Source of the DNA: Octopus bimaculoides
Lineage: Eukaryota
Direction of reading: 5' to 3'
Assembly: GCF_001194135.2 (NCBI RefSeq)
Contig: NC_068983.1
Span: forward strand, 28,703,829 to 28,742,033
DNA length: 38,205 bases
The notes beneath the pieces are model-generated. The model was given only the letters and a program-made list of their open reading frames with translations. It made no database searches and was not told where the DNA came from. A program made the translations under genes and the position numbers. How positions within the stretch are numbered: position 1 is the first letter of the stretch; each line of letters begins with the position of its first letter. Below, piece after piece: positions 23,794 through 37,063 of the stretch.

Positions 23794-23990
23794 GGGTACA
23801 GGACGTTAGAAAAATAAACGGGGACATAAAAACAAAACGGACTTTATTTACAGACAACAGAACAAACACATAGGAAAACAAACAAGCCACTTATGGAATT
23901 ATTTCTTCATCAGCTGCCTCTATTTTAAAACTAGGTGTTTCGAATCCGTTTGTTTTTATGTCCCCGTTTATTTTTCTAACATTCTACCCC
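23794..23990. mobile_element. Fold-back element / MITE with a 32-bp perfect inverted repeat core
   Basis: GTTAGAAAAATAAACGGGGACATAAAAACAAA (23805-23836) is the exact reverse complement of 23949-23980; imperfect pairing extends to about 47 bp. Confidence 0.85.
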
Positions 23991-25355
23991 TATCTCAGCA
24001 GAGCATCCACGATGTGACAACTGGAGGGAGACAGTGATGCATCAGCACTCAACTGGTTTTCATTTCAACTGAGTTATCTTGAGCAAAAACGAAATAAAGT
24101 GCCTTCCTCAAAAATGTAATGTGTCACCTGGCCTTGGAGCCAAAGCTACAACTTTATGATTGTGAGCATAATATCTTGGCCATCTTAATCCTAACTACAG
24201 AAATGATGTGGTCAAATGCACACCAATTAAGGTCCACATTATAAAGTAGTTTTGTTAATTCTCAGTCACATGCATCTAATGACACTCATTTAAATCATTC
24301 CTTTCTGGTGACTGTGATTATCCAATTTGTTTTAAGTAATTAGGTTCACTTGCTATAAAAAGATGGCGGATTGGTAGAATCATTAGAGCATCATAAAACT
24401 GTCTGTAGTATTTAAACATGGCCCTTTACATTTAGAATTCAAATCCTTTTTAAGTCTTGCTTCCTTTTGTTCTTCTGGGAGTGATAAAATACAAACTAAA
24501 TACTGAAATGGATTTAGTATTTATATAATGCAGCCTAGATATGAATGGAATTATAACAGAAGATTTTCATCACAAATAAACTCTCTCAAACAATCTAGTC
24601 TTCTTGATGACAAAGAGAAACATTTTATTGTTAAGCTATTTAAAGCCATCAAATACACCCTACAACTAAGGTACCATAGTTGGTGTAAGGTAACTGAATA
24701 CATCTACTTTGTTCAGTAAAACACCACAATTCACCATAGCCATGAGTAAAAGTTAACGAAAACATACATAGTCTATAGATTTAACCAACCATGAAATCAA
24801 AACTGCTTACTTCTTTATTTCTTTTTATGCTTTCTGCACTTATTATCTAGATAGCATTATAGAAATATTAAACCCACCTCAGTTTATGGCTAGTATTTCA
24901 TTGACCCTGGAAAGGTGTAGTTGTTACATAATTCGAAACATGTTTATTATTGCCTATTTTACATTGGCAAGTCATGGGAGTTATCCACACTGATCTCCAT
25001 TGGCAAACATTCTAGAAGCTTCCAAGAAGTTAGGTTTATGTCCCTTTTACTAATCCCAATGTGCCGTGGATTATTCTAGAATGTAAATTAGTTACCAGGA
25101 GGTGGACTATATATTGAAGAGACGCAGACACCCAGTCTCTCTCTTCGATTGCCAGACTTCATGCTAGACACATCTCTGTGTTGAAAGCATATAGATTTTG
25201 CTACACGTGACCCAAGGAATCAAATGCCTTAGAGGAGCAACTGGATACCTCATAGTTATTAAGTCCCACAACATGTGCACGATTTGCTTTCACACGAGAA
25301 ATAAACCAAAGTGGTATGTCAAATTTTCTCATAAATTTTAATTTACCTTCTACAG

Positions 25356-25418
25356 ATGGAACATAACAAGGCAAAATAATATGTACTCATTCTTCATTTA
25401 TGCACCGCTTCAGCTGAA
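25356..25418 (+). CDS. Candidate coding exon C (63 nt, phase 2 to 2): (R)WNITRQNNMYSFFIYAPLQL
   Basis: Acceptor ttttaatttaccttctacag|, donor GAA|gtatgt. Symmetric exon, open in the frame continuing from exon B. Confidence 0.6.
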
Positions 25419-27252
25419 GTATGTTATTGGTGAATTCTTACCTGGTTCTGAATTGGCGTTAAATTATTTGTGAAGTTCAAGAATGGCTCTTTCATTTATT
25501 CCAATCAAGAATGCATTTTATCTTTTGTAACACAAGGATTTTTGCTTCTTAATTAACCTCGTGTTCAAGCAGTAACAAGGCCAAGTTGCAGCCTTAACTC
25601 TTATTACGGTGGCCAGCATTCAGGTAACAGTGGCAACCTCTTAGTTACAAAGGAAAAGGGTTCAGTTGACCTGAATGGGATTTGAACTTAGAAAATAGCT
25701 TATGGTCTGTGTCAGTAACAAATAATTCATGAGAATTCTGGATGAGTCTGAGGAATTGAATTACCATGAGGAATGATGAATCCAATGATTCAAGCCCATG
25801 TGCTTCATCATAGAATCACGAAGACAGAGTAAGTGGTGTTGCGACTGAGGGTGTAAACTAGGATAATGCTGGCTTTCAACCAAAGCAGGGAAAAATAAAG
25901 GCCCAGTACATACGATTAATAGAAGTCTTCTGGATCCCTCCAAGAATGACACATATTTAAACATATTTTTATGAGAGACATGAATTTATATCATTTTTAT
26001 AATAATTCTATATAAATATATTTATGAAACAGACTGCTTTGACTAAAAACACAGACAGTTTCAGGGTGATTAAAACTAAAATGGTTAAAGAAAGAAAACA
26101 ATAAAGATTGTCATTTTCCATCTTCATATATTTAATAGTCTACCTGGATTGCATTTAATGCTAATACCAGTGATTTTATTAACTCTATCAGAATGCAAAG
26201 CTGAAACCTTTAACACTTGAAGATTTTGTCTGAATTCACTGTTTTATCATTATGAAATGCATAGCACAAAGATATTAATCCAAATATTTATAAATAATCA
26301 AAAGAGGAAATATGCACACATACACATATACACAAATACACAAACAGACACAAAGACAAGCATACATTTTCCTTTTTCTTCTTCTCATACAACCAAGGTC
26401 TTTATTTTGTCTTGAGATTGAATGAAGACAGAATAATAGGACAAAATGGTTAGTTTGCTTAAAGTTTAGATAAAGCCTATTGACAATTTCAATAAAACAA
26501 GACAAAAAAATAACATTAAACAACAAAGTCCTCATTACTCCAGACAATTGTTTTGCTAAACAAAAGATAAAAAAAAAGAAAGCAACAGATTTTTCAAACA
26601 GATCTGATCTGGCAATACAAATAGTAGTCCATATTAGTAAATGCAAACCAGTTTGCAGCAGAAATTCTTTCAAGATAACAAGATTATAGCAAGAAGACAA
26701 TAAACTTTCATTAAATTATCACATGAAAAGCAGCACATGGCTTTATTCTAAATGAATCTTTAAATAAACGAAGACTTTGCCAAGATTTTATTTATTCTTT
26801 TTTTTTTTTTTATCAACTTCAAAACTTTTTTTTATGAGTGTGTAGAAGTGGTGAAAAACAGATTCTAATACAGCCAAGTTCTGAACTTGGAATGGTAAGG
26901 AACTGTACTTCAAAACACTGCCATTGTGATAAAAATAGCTATGATGATTAGGCATAACACTGGCTCAAGGTCAAACTTTCAAAGGTTATGATCTTTTTCT
27001 TTTATAATTCCATTCATGTTTTTTTTAGGAAAATAAATCATGCTTAATAGTAATTAGTACATTATTTACTTCACCTCAGAAAGACGAAAAGCAAAGACAA
27101 CCTTGCTGAGATTTGAACTCAGATTGTAATGATTAGTAATTATAAACCACAAAACATTTTGCCGATACTTTAACGATTCTGCTAATCCAGTAATCATGTT
27201 GAATGAAACTGAAGGAGAAGTCTGAATAGATGTATAAAGTAGTTATTTGTAG

Positions 27253-27421
27253 GCTTGTTCATGATATACAGGCCTCCATTTTGGATGATTTGCTAGAAAT
27301 CACAAATAATTTCAGTGGTCAGATTTGTAGAGGTGAAAGTGAAAGTGAAAGTATAGCAGACAATAGAGAAGGTGTCATCACAAACAGACGATCAGGCTGT
27401 AGCAACAACACTAACCAGTAG
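27253..27421 (+). CDS. Possible next or terminal exon (phase 2 start): (K)LVHDIQASILDDLLEITNNFSG...NTNQ*
   Basis: Acceptor gttatttgtag| is weak. The frame is phase-compatible with exon C and open to TAG at 27419-27421, with AATAAA ~12 nt later. An internal donor (e.g. AGAG|gtgaaa) is equally possible, so the 3' boundary is uncertain. Confidence 0.3.
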
Positions 27422-28370
27422 CAAAATAACAGAATAAAGTTAAGCAATACTTTAGTAATCTTATATATTAATGATCATCAGCAAACAAGAAATGGTTATT
27501 ATTTTTAGTTGTGTACTGGTAATAAAGGTATAAAGCTTAAATGAAATTACACAGAATAAAGTATTACCTCACCACAATCAACTTTGAAGTGAGCAGGGAT
27601 TATAGAAATGAGTATTCTGGAAATAGAATCCATAATTAGTAAAGTGGTATAGCGTTGTCAGCCCTATGATAATTTCACAGCTCTTAGCTTGGTGTTATTC
27701 TATGGCAATGATCTATACAAGACTCCAACAATCTCCTGAATGAATGTACAGTAATTCACTTTCGAAAATACTGAAGTTGTAATGGGCCACAATTGCCAAT
27801 AACAATCATAAATACATACAAATTCGAAAACCTATTACAAATAATAGACAGGGAGAAATGGGATATCTGTAGCCTTCAAAGTAATCTCCACACCTAGAAG
27901 ATAGCTACTGAGCAAAATTGCCAATCATCAAATGAAATTGTGTTTTTGAAGAAATCCATAGCATGTGAGGAGGGGTGTGCCCAACTGCCTCAAGCTTTCT
28001 TCTGCATATAGTAGTTTTATTTTTATACAATTTTTCATTTGTATGATCACTTACAACCATGAAATTATAAATATGTCAGGTCTTAGTCTCAAATCCCAGA
28101 AATAACATGAGTTCATTTGCACAATGCACTAATAACTGTAAAATTACAAGCACATCATCATCATCGTTTAAGCATCCGTTTTCTATACTGGCATGGGTTG
28201 GATGGTTTGACTGAGGTCTGGAGAGCCAGCAGCTACACCAGGCTCCAATCTGATCTGGCAATGTTTCACATCACAGGTATATTTAGGTACAGGAAATTGT
28301 CACTTAGTAACGATCAGTTTCTTTCTTAGTGAGAAAAATAAAACTGAAGCTGAGTCAAAAGTGAGATGCT

Positions 28371-28487
28371 TTAACCCTTTTGCATTTAAACCAGTCGTAT
28401 CCAGCCCAAAATATTCAACCTGTTTTTTCTTCAAACTGGTCAGAGCTGGCCTTTCATACCTACCCTACAGTGCCATTTTACAAAATT
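28371..28487. mobile_element. One terminus of a second TTAA-type MITE family
   Basis: Begins TTAACCCTTTTGCATTTAAACC. The partner terminus is not visible; the sequence runs into a SINE 3' stub and (ATT)n. Confidence 0.4.
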
Positions 28488-28513
28488 ACTGCCCTTGTGA
28501 CAAAATTTGAAAC

Positions 28514-28561
<48 letters not shown>

Positions 28562-29429
28562 CATTTCAGGCAAGTCATACTGCAGTATTTTGTAAATGTA
28601 TTATAAATAATCAAACCTTTTTACTTTGCTTACCTATTTCCAAAATCTCAAACCTAACATGAAACATTACATAATGTTCTCTCTTTATTTATTTATTTAT
28701 TATTTTTTTTTATTTGAAGCCGGTCAACCTGATCACAATGAATGACATCTAAAAGAATCAATCGCTTTCCAAAAAATCAATCATTTCAAAAATCTCTCTG
28801 ATCTGCACAGTTAATGACTGTATCCTCAAAAACTCAGTGAATCATAATGCTAAAGTCTGGCTTTGTGGTGTTAAATGCATTATAGATAAATCTCATACTG
28901 AATATTATGCCTGTTTATCACAGGAAAATATTTCCAGAATATATGGTACTTATTTTCAATGTCTAAATGAACCGAAATATCTGTAAAATATATAATAAGC
29001 ACAGACATGGCAATGTGATTAAGTTTACTTAAGATGTAGTCACAGGTTTAGTCTAATCACATGCTACTTTGGGCAAGTATTCTCCAGCTATAGACTTGGG
29101 TCAACCACTACCTTGTGAGCGAAGTTGTAAAGTAGAAACTGCATAGAAGCCTTCCAACCTTGAAATTTCAGGTTCCGTCTCGCTGAGAGGTACCATGAGC
29201 AAGTGTCTTCAACCATAGACTAAGGTCAACCAAAGCCTTGTGAGTGGATTTGGTAGGCACACACAGGGATGAGGAAAGATGTTTGGATGCTGGGCCTTGG
29301 TGTGGAAATTACAAGGGACAGGGAGATGTGACAATTTGCAGTACTTGACAAGACATGTCAAGCTAAGTAAAATCCCCTGTCTTCCACACATACAGGCTTG
29401 TCTTTTCATGTACCAGTGCCGCTTAAAAG

Positions 29430-29660
29430 TCACCCGTGCCGGTGCTGCATAAACACACCTATGCTAGTGGCACATAAAAAAACACCCAGAACACATTGTT
29501 AAATGGTTGGCATTAGGGAGGTCACCAGCCATAGAAACCATGCCACAACAGACAATTGGAGTCTGGACAGCTCCCAACTAACCAGCTCCATGTGAAACCA
29601 TCCAACCCATGCCAGCATGGAAATTGGACATTAAATGATGATGATGATGATGATGATGAT
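29430..29660 (+). mobile_element. (GAT)n-tailed SINE-like repeat
   Basis: Ends CCATCCAACCCATGCCAGCATGGAAATTGGACATTAAATGATGATGATG, as in 37720-38112. Confidence 0.7.
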
Positions 29661-29882
29661 ACTCTTTACTCTTTTACTTGTTTCAGTCATTTGACTGTGG
29701 CCATGCTGGAGCACTGCCTTTAGTCGAGCAAATCGGCCCCAAGACTTATTCTTTGTAAGCCTAGTACTTATTCTATCAGTCCCTTTTGCCGAACTGCTAA
29801 GTTACGGGGACATAACACACCAGCATCAGTTGTCAAGCGATGTTGTGGGGACAAACACAGACACACAAACATATACACACAC

Positions 29883-29917
<35 letters not shown>
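29661..29917 (-). mobile_element. Interspersed repeat, inverse of 4926-5168
   Basis: High reverse-complement similarity to 4926-5168; runs into (CA)n and the gap. Confidence 0.75.
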
Positions 29918-31010
29918 NNNNNNNNNNNNNNNNNNNNNNNNNNNNNNNNNNNNNNNNNNNNNNNNNNNNNNNNNNNNNNNNNNNNNNNNNNNNNNNNNNN
30001 NNNNNNNNNNNNNNNNNNNNNNNNNNNNNNNNNNNNNNNNNNNNNNNNNNNNNNNNNNNNNNNNNNNNNNNNNNNNNNNNNNNNNNNNNNNNNNNNNNNN
30101 NNNNNNNNNNNNNNNNNNNNNNNNNNNNNNNNNNNNNNNNNNNNNNNNNNNNNNNNNNNNNNNNNNNNNNNNNNNNNNNNNNNNNNNNNNNNNNNNNNNN
30201 NNNNNNNNNNNNNNNNNNNNNNNNNNNNNNNNNNNNNNNNNNNNNNNNNNNNNNNNNNNNNNNNNNNNNNNNNNNNNNNNNNNNNNNNNNNNNNNNNNNN
30301 NNNNNNNNNNNNNNNNNNNNNNNNNNNNNNNNNNNNNNNNNNNNNNNNNNNNNNNNNNNNNNNNNNNNNNNNNNNNNNNNNNNNNNNNNNNNNNNNNNNN
30401 NNNNNNNNNNNNNNNNNNNNNNNNNNNNNNNNNNNNNNNNNNNNNNNNNNNNNNNNNNNNNNNNNNNNNNNNNNNNNNNNNNNNNNNNNNNNNNNNNNNN
30501 NNNNNNNNNNNNNNNNNNNNNNNNNNNNNNNNNNNNNNNNNNNNNNNNNNNNNNNNNNNNNNNNNNNNNNNNNNNNNNNNNNNNNNNNNNNNNNNNNNNN
30601 NNNNNNNNNNNNNNNNNNNNNNNNNNNNNNNNNNNNNNNNNNNNNNNNNNNNNNNNNNNNNNNNNNNNNNNNNNNNNNNNNNNNNNNNNNNNNNNNNNNN
30701 NNNNNNNNNNNNNNNNNNNNNNNNNNNNNNNNNNNNNNNNNNNNNNNNNNNNNNNNNNNNNNNNNNNNNNNNNNNNNNNNNNNNNNNNNNNNNNNNNNNN
30801 NNNNNNNNNNNNNNNNNNNNNNNNNNNNNNNNNNNNNNNNNNNNNNNNNNNNNNNNNNNNNNNNNNNNNNNNNNNNATATTCATGATTATAAATGGTTTT
30901 GCTGATAAAGGTTTTTTCATACTGAACTACTTGGCAAAATTGTTAATTATTAATTTTATTACTAATTGACGATTCCCTGCCCTATATCTGTATGTATATA
31001 TATATATATA

Positions 31011-31164
31011 CGATAGGCTTCTTTCAGTTTCTATCTACCAAACCCACTCACAAGGCTTTGGTCAGCCCGAGGCTATAGTAGAAGACACTTGCCCAAGGTG
31101 CCACGCAGTGGAACTGAACCCGGAAGCATGTGGTTCGTAAGCAAGCTACTTACCACACAGCCAC
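31011..31164 (-). mobile_element. tRNA-derived CORE-type SINE 5' half
   Basis: Minus strand GTGGCTGTGTGGTAAG (A box), GGGTTCAGTTCC (B-box-like), GGCACCTTGGGCAAGTGTCTTC (CORE-like). Other copies at ~5486-5600 (-), 19283-19440 (+), 29005-29262 (+, two partial) and 34011-34161 (+). Confidence 0.8.
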
Positions 31165-31880
31165 ACACACTCGTAGATATATGTATGGATTGTATGTCTG
31201 TGTTTGTGTGTTGCTATTTGACAATTTGTGATAATTTGTTTAAATGCTCACAACTAAATCAAACAAAATAGGCATTGAGGGTCAACATGATTAACTAAGA
31301 ACCATCAAGGTTCTGCCCTCAAATAGTTGTCATAAGAGAGTAATAGCGTAAATTTTTTTCTATTTTCATAATTTTATATCTATGAGACTATAAGAATGGC
31401 AAAATTATAGATGTGAAGATGAAAGTCAAAGGTTTTGCCATATTCCAGTGAAAATATAATATTCAGCATAGTAACTAATGAAATCAATCAGAATCCAGAA
31501 TCAAAATACATCAAAATCAACAAAAACTATCTGGTACATTACTCACCAACTAAATTTTTGATAGCAATAACTATTTTTCTGTCAATAAATACTTGTATAA
31601 GAATAAAAATCAATGAATATCTAGGACTGCATCATGGTCTTCAAACGAATATACACCAAGTAATTATTCACACACATATATATGGGGCTGGCCAGATTGG
31701 AGCAATATTGAGTATGACCAGTCAAAATTGCAAAGATAATCTGGATCTCGACTGATGAAAGAAAACTCTGAATGACCCGTCCTTGTTTTCTTTGTATCGT
31801 CTATCTGGATGTTTTGTTGTCCCTTTCTTGTATCACCTAACTGTCTGGATGTTTTGCGTTCTTGTTCCATTTTGTATTAT

Positions 31881-31881
<1 letters not shown>

Positions 31882-31925
<44 letters not shown>

Positions 31926-32192
31926 GTTTAACATCCGCTTTCCATGCTGGCATGGGTTGGACGATTTGACTGAGGACTGGTGAACCAGATGGCTACACCA
32001 GGCTCCAATCTGATTTGGCACAGTTTCTACAGCTGGATGCCCTTCCTAATGCCAACCACTCTGAGAGTGTCGTGGGTGCTTTTACGTGCCACCGGCATGA
32101 AGGCTAGTCAGGCGGTACTGGCAACGCCCATGCTCAAATGGTGCATTTTACATGTCACCTGCACAGGAGTCAGTCCAGCGGCACTGGCAACG
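31882..32192 (-). mobile_element. (GAT)n-tailed SINE-like repeat, low divergence
   Basis: (TCA)n followed by CGTTTAACATCCGCTTTCCATGCTGGCATGGGTTGGACG; CpG retained; inverse of 37720-38112. Confidence 0.8.
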
Positions 32193-32193
32193 A

Positions 32194-32225
<32 letters not shown>

Positions 32226-32896
32226 GCAGTGTACGTACACTTTGTCTCTTACATGTAAGTATACATTTTTCTAAATATTGTACAACCCTATTTCTGTCTA
32301 TCAGCCCTTTCATGCTTATTCATTCATTCCACTCTTCATTCGTTCGTTCCCCTTCTCTCACATTTCCTTGCCTTCTCTTCTTGCTCACTTTCCCTCCACT
32401 TTCACTTCACTGTGTCCCTGTCATTTTTTGTCGCCCCTCCTTAATTTTTTTCTCCCTCTGCTTCTATCTCTCTCTTCTCTTCCCACGTGACTGACGCATG
32501 GCCAAGCCTGAGCTTTCTTTCTTGGCTGGCTGTTGTGCGTGCAACATCGATATTCCTCCCTGTGCCTGTGAAATCTTGCACCCCTGCCATAAGCCTTTAT
32601 TTCTACACACGCCAGCCTAATTTGATTTGTCCTTAGTCAAAAGACACCTGTTGTTAGGTCCTGTTATTATTTTTATTGTATTTGTGTAACATTGTTCGTT
32701 TTTCCATCCTTGTTTTTGTATACATTCGCTGCTTTCTTCCAAGGAATCTAACCCATGCTAGTATGGAAAGCGGACGTTAAATGATGTTGATGATGATGAT
32801 ATATATACACACACAAGCTCACATAGATATATATATATGCACACACACAACCATACATATATGTGTGTGTATGCATAGGTTTCTGTCCATATGTAT

Positions 32897-32977
<81 letters not shown>

Positions 32978-33040
32978 TTATTAATATTTCTAAGTCTCTC
33001 TAAAGGAGACTACGGCAGCGGTACTGGAAANNNNNNNNNN

Positions 33041-33083
<43 letters not shown>

Positions 33084-34824
33084 TCATCATCATCATCATT
33101 TAACATCTGTTTTCCATGCTGCCATGGTTTGGACTGTTTCACCAAAGCTGGCTAGGCAGGAAACTGCATCAAGTTTCACAGTCTGTTTTAGCATGGTTTT
33201 TACAGTTAACCTGTGATAAATCAGCCTTAGAAATCTTTTCCTATGAACACTAAATGCTAAAAAAAGCTTCAATTATATCAGTAGACAAAATTTTGTCAGC
33301 ACCAGTGTACGGAACTTTTTGTATCACGTAATTTCTATGCGATTTCCTCTTCATCAGCAACAGGCATGCAACCACATGATAGAATTAATCAGTGGAAAGA
33401 GCATTTTGAAATTCCTTTAGTGTTGAGATGTGTTTACATTTTCCGTGTTTCTACTGTCATTACATATACAAACCCTTCTGCAATTCTCAAGTTCCATAAA
33501 TATGTTTTGCAGCTAATTTCTAATTACACTCTGAATCATATTAGTTTCTCTAACGATGTTAGTCATCTTTAGAATGAGATTTTGTGAAATAAACAATGGG
33601 CTTTCATATGTGCCCATAAAATAATTCCAAATTAGGTTTTGAAATTTTTTAACAATTAGTAAATATAATTAATTGCTTGATTAATAACAATAAAATAGAT
33701 ATATCAGGCTTTTAAATTTACTAATTTTTTTATAGATTAATTCAATCATCTAAAGAATTAAGTTGTAAAAAATTTTAATTTAAAACATCAAAACTAAATT
33801 TAAGACATCAAATTTAAAACATCAAATGAGTTTTATAATGACCCTGTGTGTGCATGTGTGTGTGTGTGTATGTTGTGGAGAGTATATATGTGTATGTAAA
33901 CACACACACACATATATATGTCTTTATTTATATATATATATATACATACCCTCCACATACAATAATACAGGGTCGTTGTAAAATCCTTATATATATATAT
34001 AGGCAAACAGCAGGCTGTGTGGTTAAGAAGTTCACTTTGCAACCAAATAGTTTCAGGTTCATTTCAAGTGTGTTACACCTTGGACAAATTTCTTCAATTA
34101 CAACTTTACATTGAAAAATGTCTTGTGAATGAATTTGGAAGATAGAAATTGTAGCCTGTCGTATATAGAAACACACAAATATTTGCACACACACACACAC
34201 AATACACAAACATATATACACTTATGCCTATGTATATGTATATATGTATGTGTATGTACCCACATGTATGTATGTCTGTGAAAATATTTACATGAAAATT
34301 ACTGAACTATGGACAGTGACATTCATCAGCATAATCCTGACACAAAATCATCTAGTCACTCTGTGCTTTCAAAGATAAATGTAATGGAAACTGCCTTACT
34401 TCTACAAGTAGGTAAGGGTTAGTGACAGGAAGGGCATCTGGCTGTAAATACGCCATAAAATACATTCACATAACTAATGCTAGCATGAAAAATGGATTCA
34501 AAATGAATCAATGAGTGAATATATGTGTGTATGTGTATATATGTATGTATATATATATATATAATACACATACATATATACACACAAATATATACATATA
34601 CATATATACATACATGCATACATACACATATATGCAAACATACAGACATAGATACACACACACGCACACACATATATATATATGATGTAAATATAATCCA
34701 AACAGTGTCCTCTTGAAGCACAGCTGCTTATTTCAGTACTCCAGAGTTGTTTGTAGATATATTTACGTGAGGTATGCATAAGAGTTGAAAAATACAGGAA
34801 AATATATTTTACAGAGAAATTTCA

Positions 34825-35033
34825 TATCAAAACAGGAGACTGGAAAAATATTTTGATATTATTTATTCACCATTACATGTGTTTTATTTGCTAACAGCAG
34901 TAACAAAATTATGCTTGTAGGAGAAACATGTAAGATGTCTCCTATTAGAAATTCTTCTGACAAAAAATCTGTATAATTCTGTAACTCCTATTAGCAAATG
35001 AAACACCTGTAATGGTGGATAATACCAAAAATT

Positions 35034-35035
<2 letters not shown>
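34825..35035. mobile_element. Second copy of the 14758-14968 fold-back MITE, opposite orientation
   Basis: CACCATTACATGTGTTTTATTTGCTAA pairs with TTAGCAAATGAAACACCTGTAATGGTG. The central CCTATTAGAAATT is the inverse of TTTCTAATAGG in copy 1. Also adjacent to (TA)n. Confidence 0.7.
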
Positions 35036-35066
<31 letters not shown>

Positions 35067-36190
35067 ATCTTTCTTCTATACACCCATACACATAATTATT
35101 TGTACAAACTTTCTTTATAACAGTGTAGAAATTATGAGATTAGGTATTTATGATAGGAGTGCTTTTGATGAAGTCGATGCCAGTGACCACCAGTGGAAGA
35201 AACGAAAGAATTAATGCCATCAATATAATGATGACCATGGGATTATTATGTTCTGAAAAGCATTGGCAGTTTTGTGCATAGTAACAATAGAAAAACATTG
35301 TCATTAAACCTAATAGAGTTCTTTAACTGATAAATATTTTTGCAGGAATAAGAAATAGCTCATATCATGTCAACTCATCCAGCTCATGATGTATTACTCT
35401 TACTAATTTACAGAATAAATTGCAAGCTCTAATTCAATAGATATTGTAATATTCAGTGGCAAACTATTTAACATAAATATCAATTACCAAATGCCACATT
35501 ATTTTTTCACACTGTATCAAAATATGATATCTTCTCTGGAGTACCACTGTGCAATGCATGCAGTTTGTTAAATGTTCTATAGCAAATCATCATCAGCATT
35601 TTACATCTGCTTTTCCATGTTGGCATGGATTGTATGGTTTTTCCTAAGACAATAATTTACAACCATATGCCCTTTCTATTAACAATCATTTTAGTTGCCT
35701 CTTCCATCATGCAGGGATGTGGTGTACCTATTCTACAACTTGCATACACCGGGTAATTACACTCTATATAAAATGCAGTACCTATTTATTATACTTAATA
35801 TAATTCATATATAACACTAATGTGAGAGACAATATAATGTAAGAAACTCTAGGGAAAGCTGAACTGGAGAATGTCTTCAGAAATACAGCTGTCCTCAAGC
35901 AAATGTTTTGACCCTAACCCCTTACATTTAAGGAAGCCAGGCTACATCCAGATTTTGATTCCTAGATGTCCATCAGCTGTCATATTCTGTATCCCTGTTT
36001 GGGTTGACACCAGCACCTTCCAGGCTCATCAGGTACGTCAACATCAGGTTTGATTTTGTGATAGAGATTTTAGTTGTTTTGCTGTCAAACACCAGTAGTA
36101 AATAGAGAAAGTTATATCAACTGAAATTTATTTTCATTCCTGCTTGAATAGACCTGCCGGAGCACTTTTTGGCTGCTTCTACCATTGTCT

Positions 36191-36421
36191 TTAACCCTTT
36201 TCATACCACCCCACCTGATACTGCCCCTGATTCTATGATAGAAACTCTTAGTTTGAAAGTGGTTTAAATTATAACCTTTCATCAAAATTCCATATTAATT
36301 TAATTATGCTCTATACCCCAACTTCATAATGACAAAGGATTTTAACTAAACTCCCCATTATTTTTTTTAATTAATTGAGCGGCAGTTCATTTCAACAAGA
36401 TTATGGTAAGGAAAAGGTTAA
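36191..36421. mobile_element. TTAA-flanked MITE, 231 bp, same family as 18434-18663
   Basis: TTAA at 36191-36194 and 36418-36421; ends TTAACCCTTTTCATACCA ... ATGGTAAGGAAAAGGTTAA; collinear internal sequence. Confidence 0.75.
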
Positions 36422-36939
36422 GGCTTTGGTCCCCTTCCTCTAGAAACTGAGAGCTATTTCGCCAATTCATGAAATCATACATAGATGTGTACATCCCCTG
36501 GTATACATATTTTAAAACTGGGATAGATATGGTAATATATTTTGGAGTAAATGTAGCACAGTAATCCCCTACTTTACAAGACCCCAGGTTTACAAGTTCT
36601 ATTATATGATAAACCTTTCAAGCACAAGATCTAAATTTTGAATGAAGTGCAAAAATGTCTACTACCACAACAAATGCTTCTGAGTGTAACTGAGAAATTT
36701 ATAGAGAGCAAAAAAAAAAAGCTTCTTCTCAGCAAATAACACTAGACTTGTTTTTAAAAAGAAATCTACAAGTCCACCTATGAGTGAAAGTGATTCAGAA
36801 AATGATTATAATGATAATATTTTTCATTATAAATGATCTTGACATTCTTTTTGCTTTGCATAAAATATTCTCTACATTCTACAGTTGGTTTATTGCCATT
36901 TATTTATGAGTATTATAAATTTTATTGATAAAAATATTT

Positions 36940-37063
36940 TTCTGGGAACGAATTACGATTTATAATATTGCTACTATGGGAAATTATTGCTCTGCTTTAT
37001 GACTTTTTGTTTTACGAACGGCCTCCAGGAACAAGTTAACACGTATATTGTGGCATAACTGTA
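36940..37063 (+). mobile_element. Possible degenerate Tigger/pogo-type right terminus
   Basis: TTACGAACGGCCTCCAGGAAC...ATAACTG|TA resembles Tc1/pogo MITE ends as I recall them. No left end found. Confidence 0.3.

Noticed and set aside
24960-25310. GC-richer segment with SKAFDSLGH on the minus strand (RT-like KAFD motif)
   Set aside because: One short motif surrounded by stops; flanking RT motifs are not recoverable. May be an ancient LINE relic but is unsupported.
25720-26090. Acidic RILDESEELNYHEE stretch and an AATGGTTAA end suggesting a piggyBac remnant
   Set aside because: No matching left TIR and no catalytic-domain motifs.
31680-32750. Repeat-like segments 31680-31880 and 32226-32750, with CTGATGA...GAAT at ~31751 as a possible hammerhead
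   Set aside because: GAAT instead of the invariant GAAA and no stems I/III. The segments are probably parts of an interspersed repeat but cannot be classified from this window.
32990-33040. GC-rich AGTCTC..GAGACT hairpin and CTACGGCAGCGGTACTGG next to a 10-N gap; possible linker or contaminant
   Set aside because: Does not match adapter sequences I know; too short to interpret; contig-edge sequence.
35860-36170. GC-richer segment with LASLNVRG on the minus strand (start of an APE endonuclease-like motif) and a gtaagg donor
   Set aside because: All frames contain stops and no further endonuclease motifs follow.
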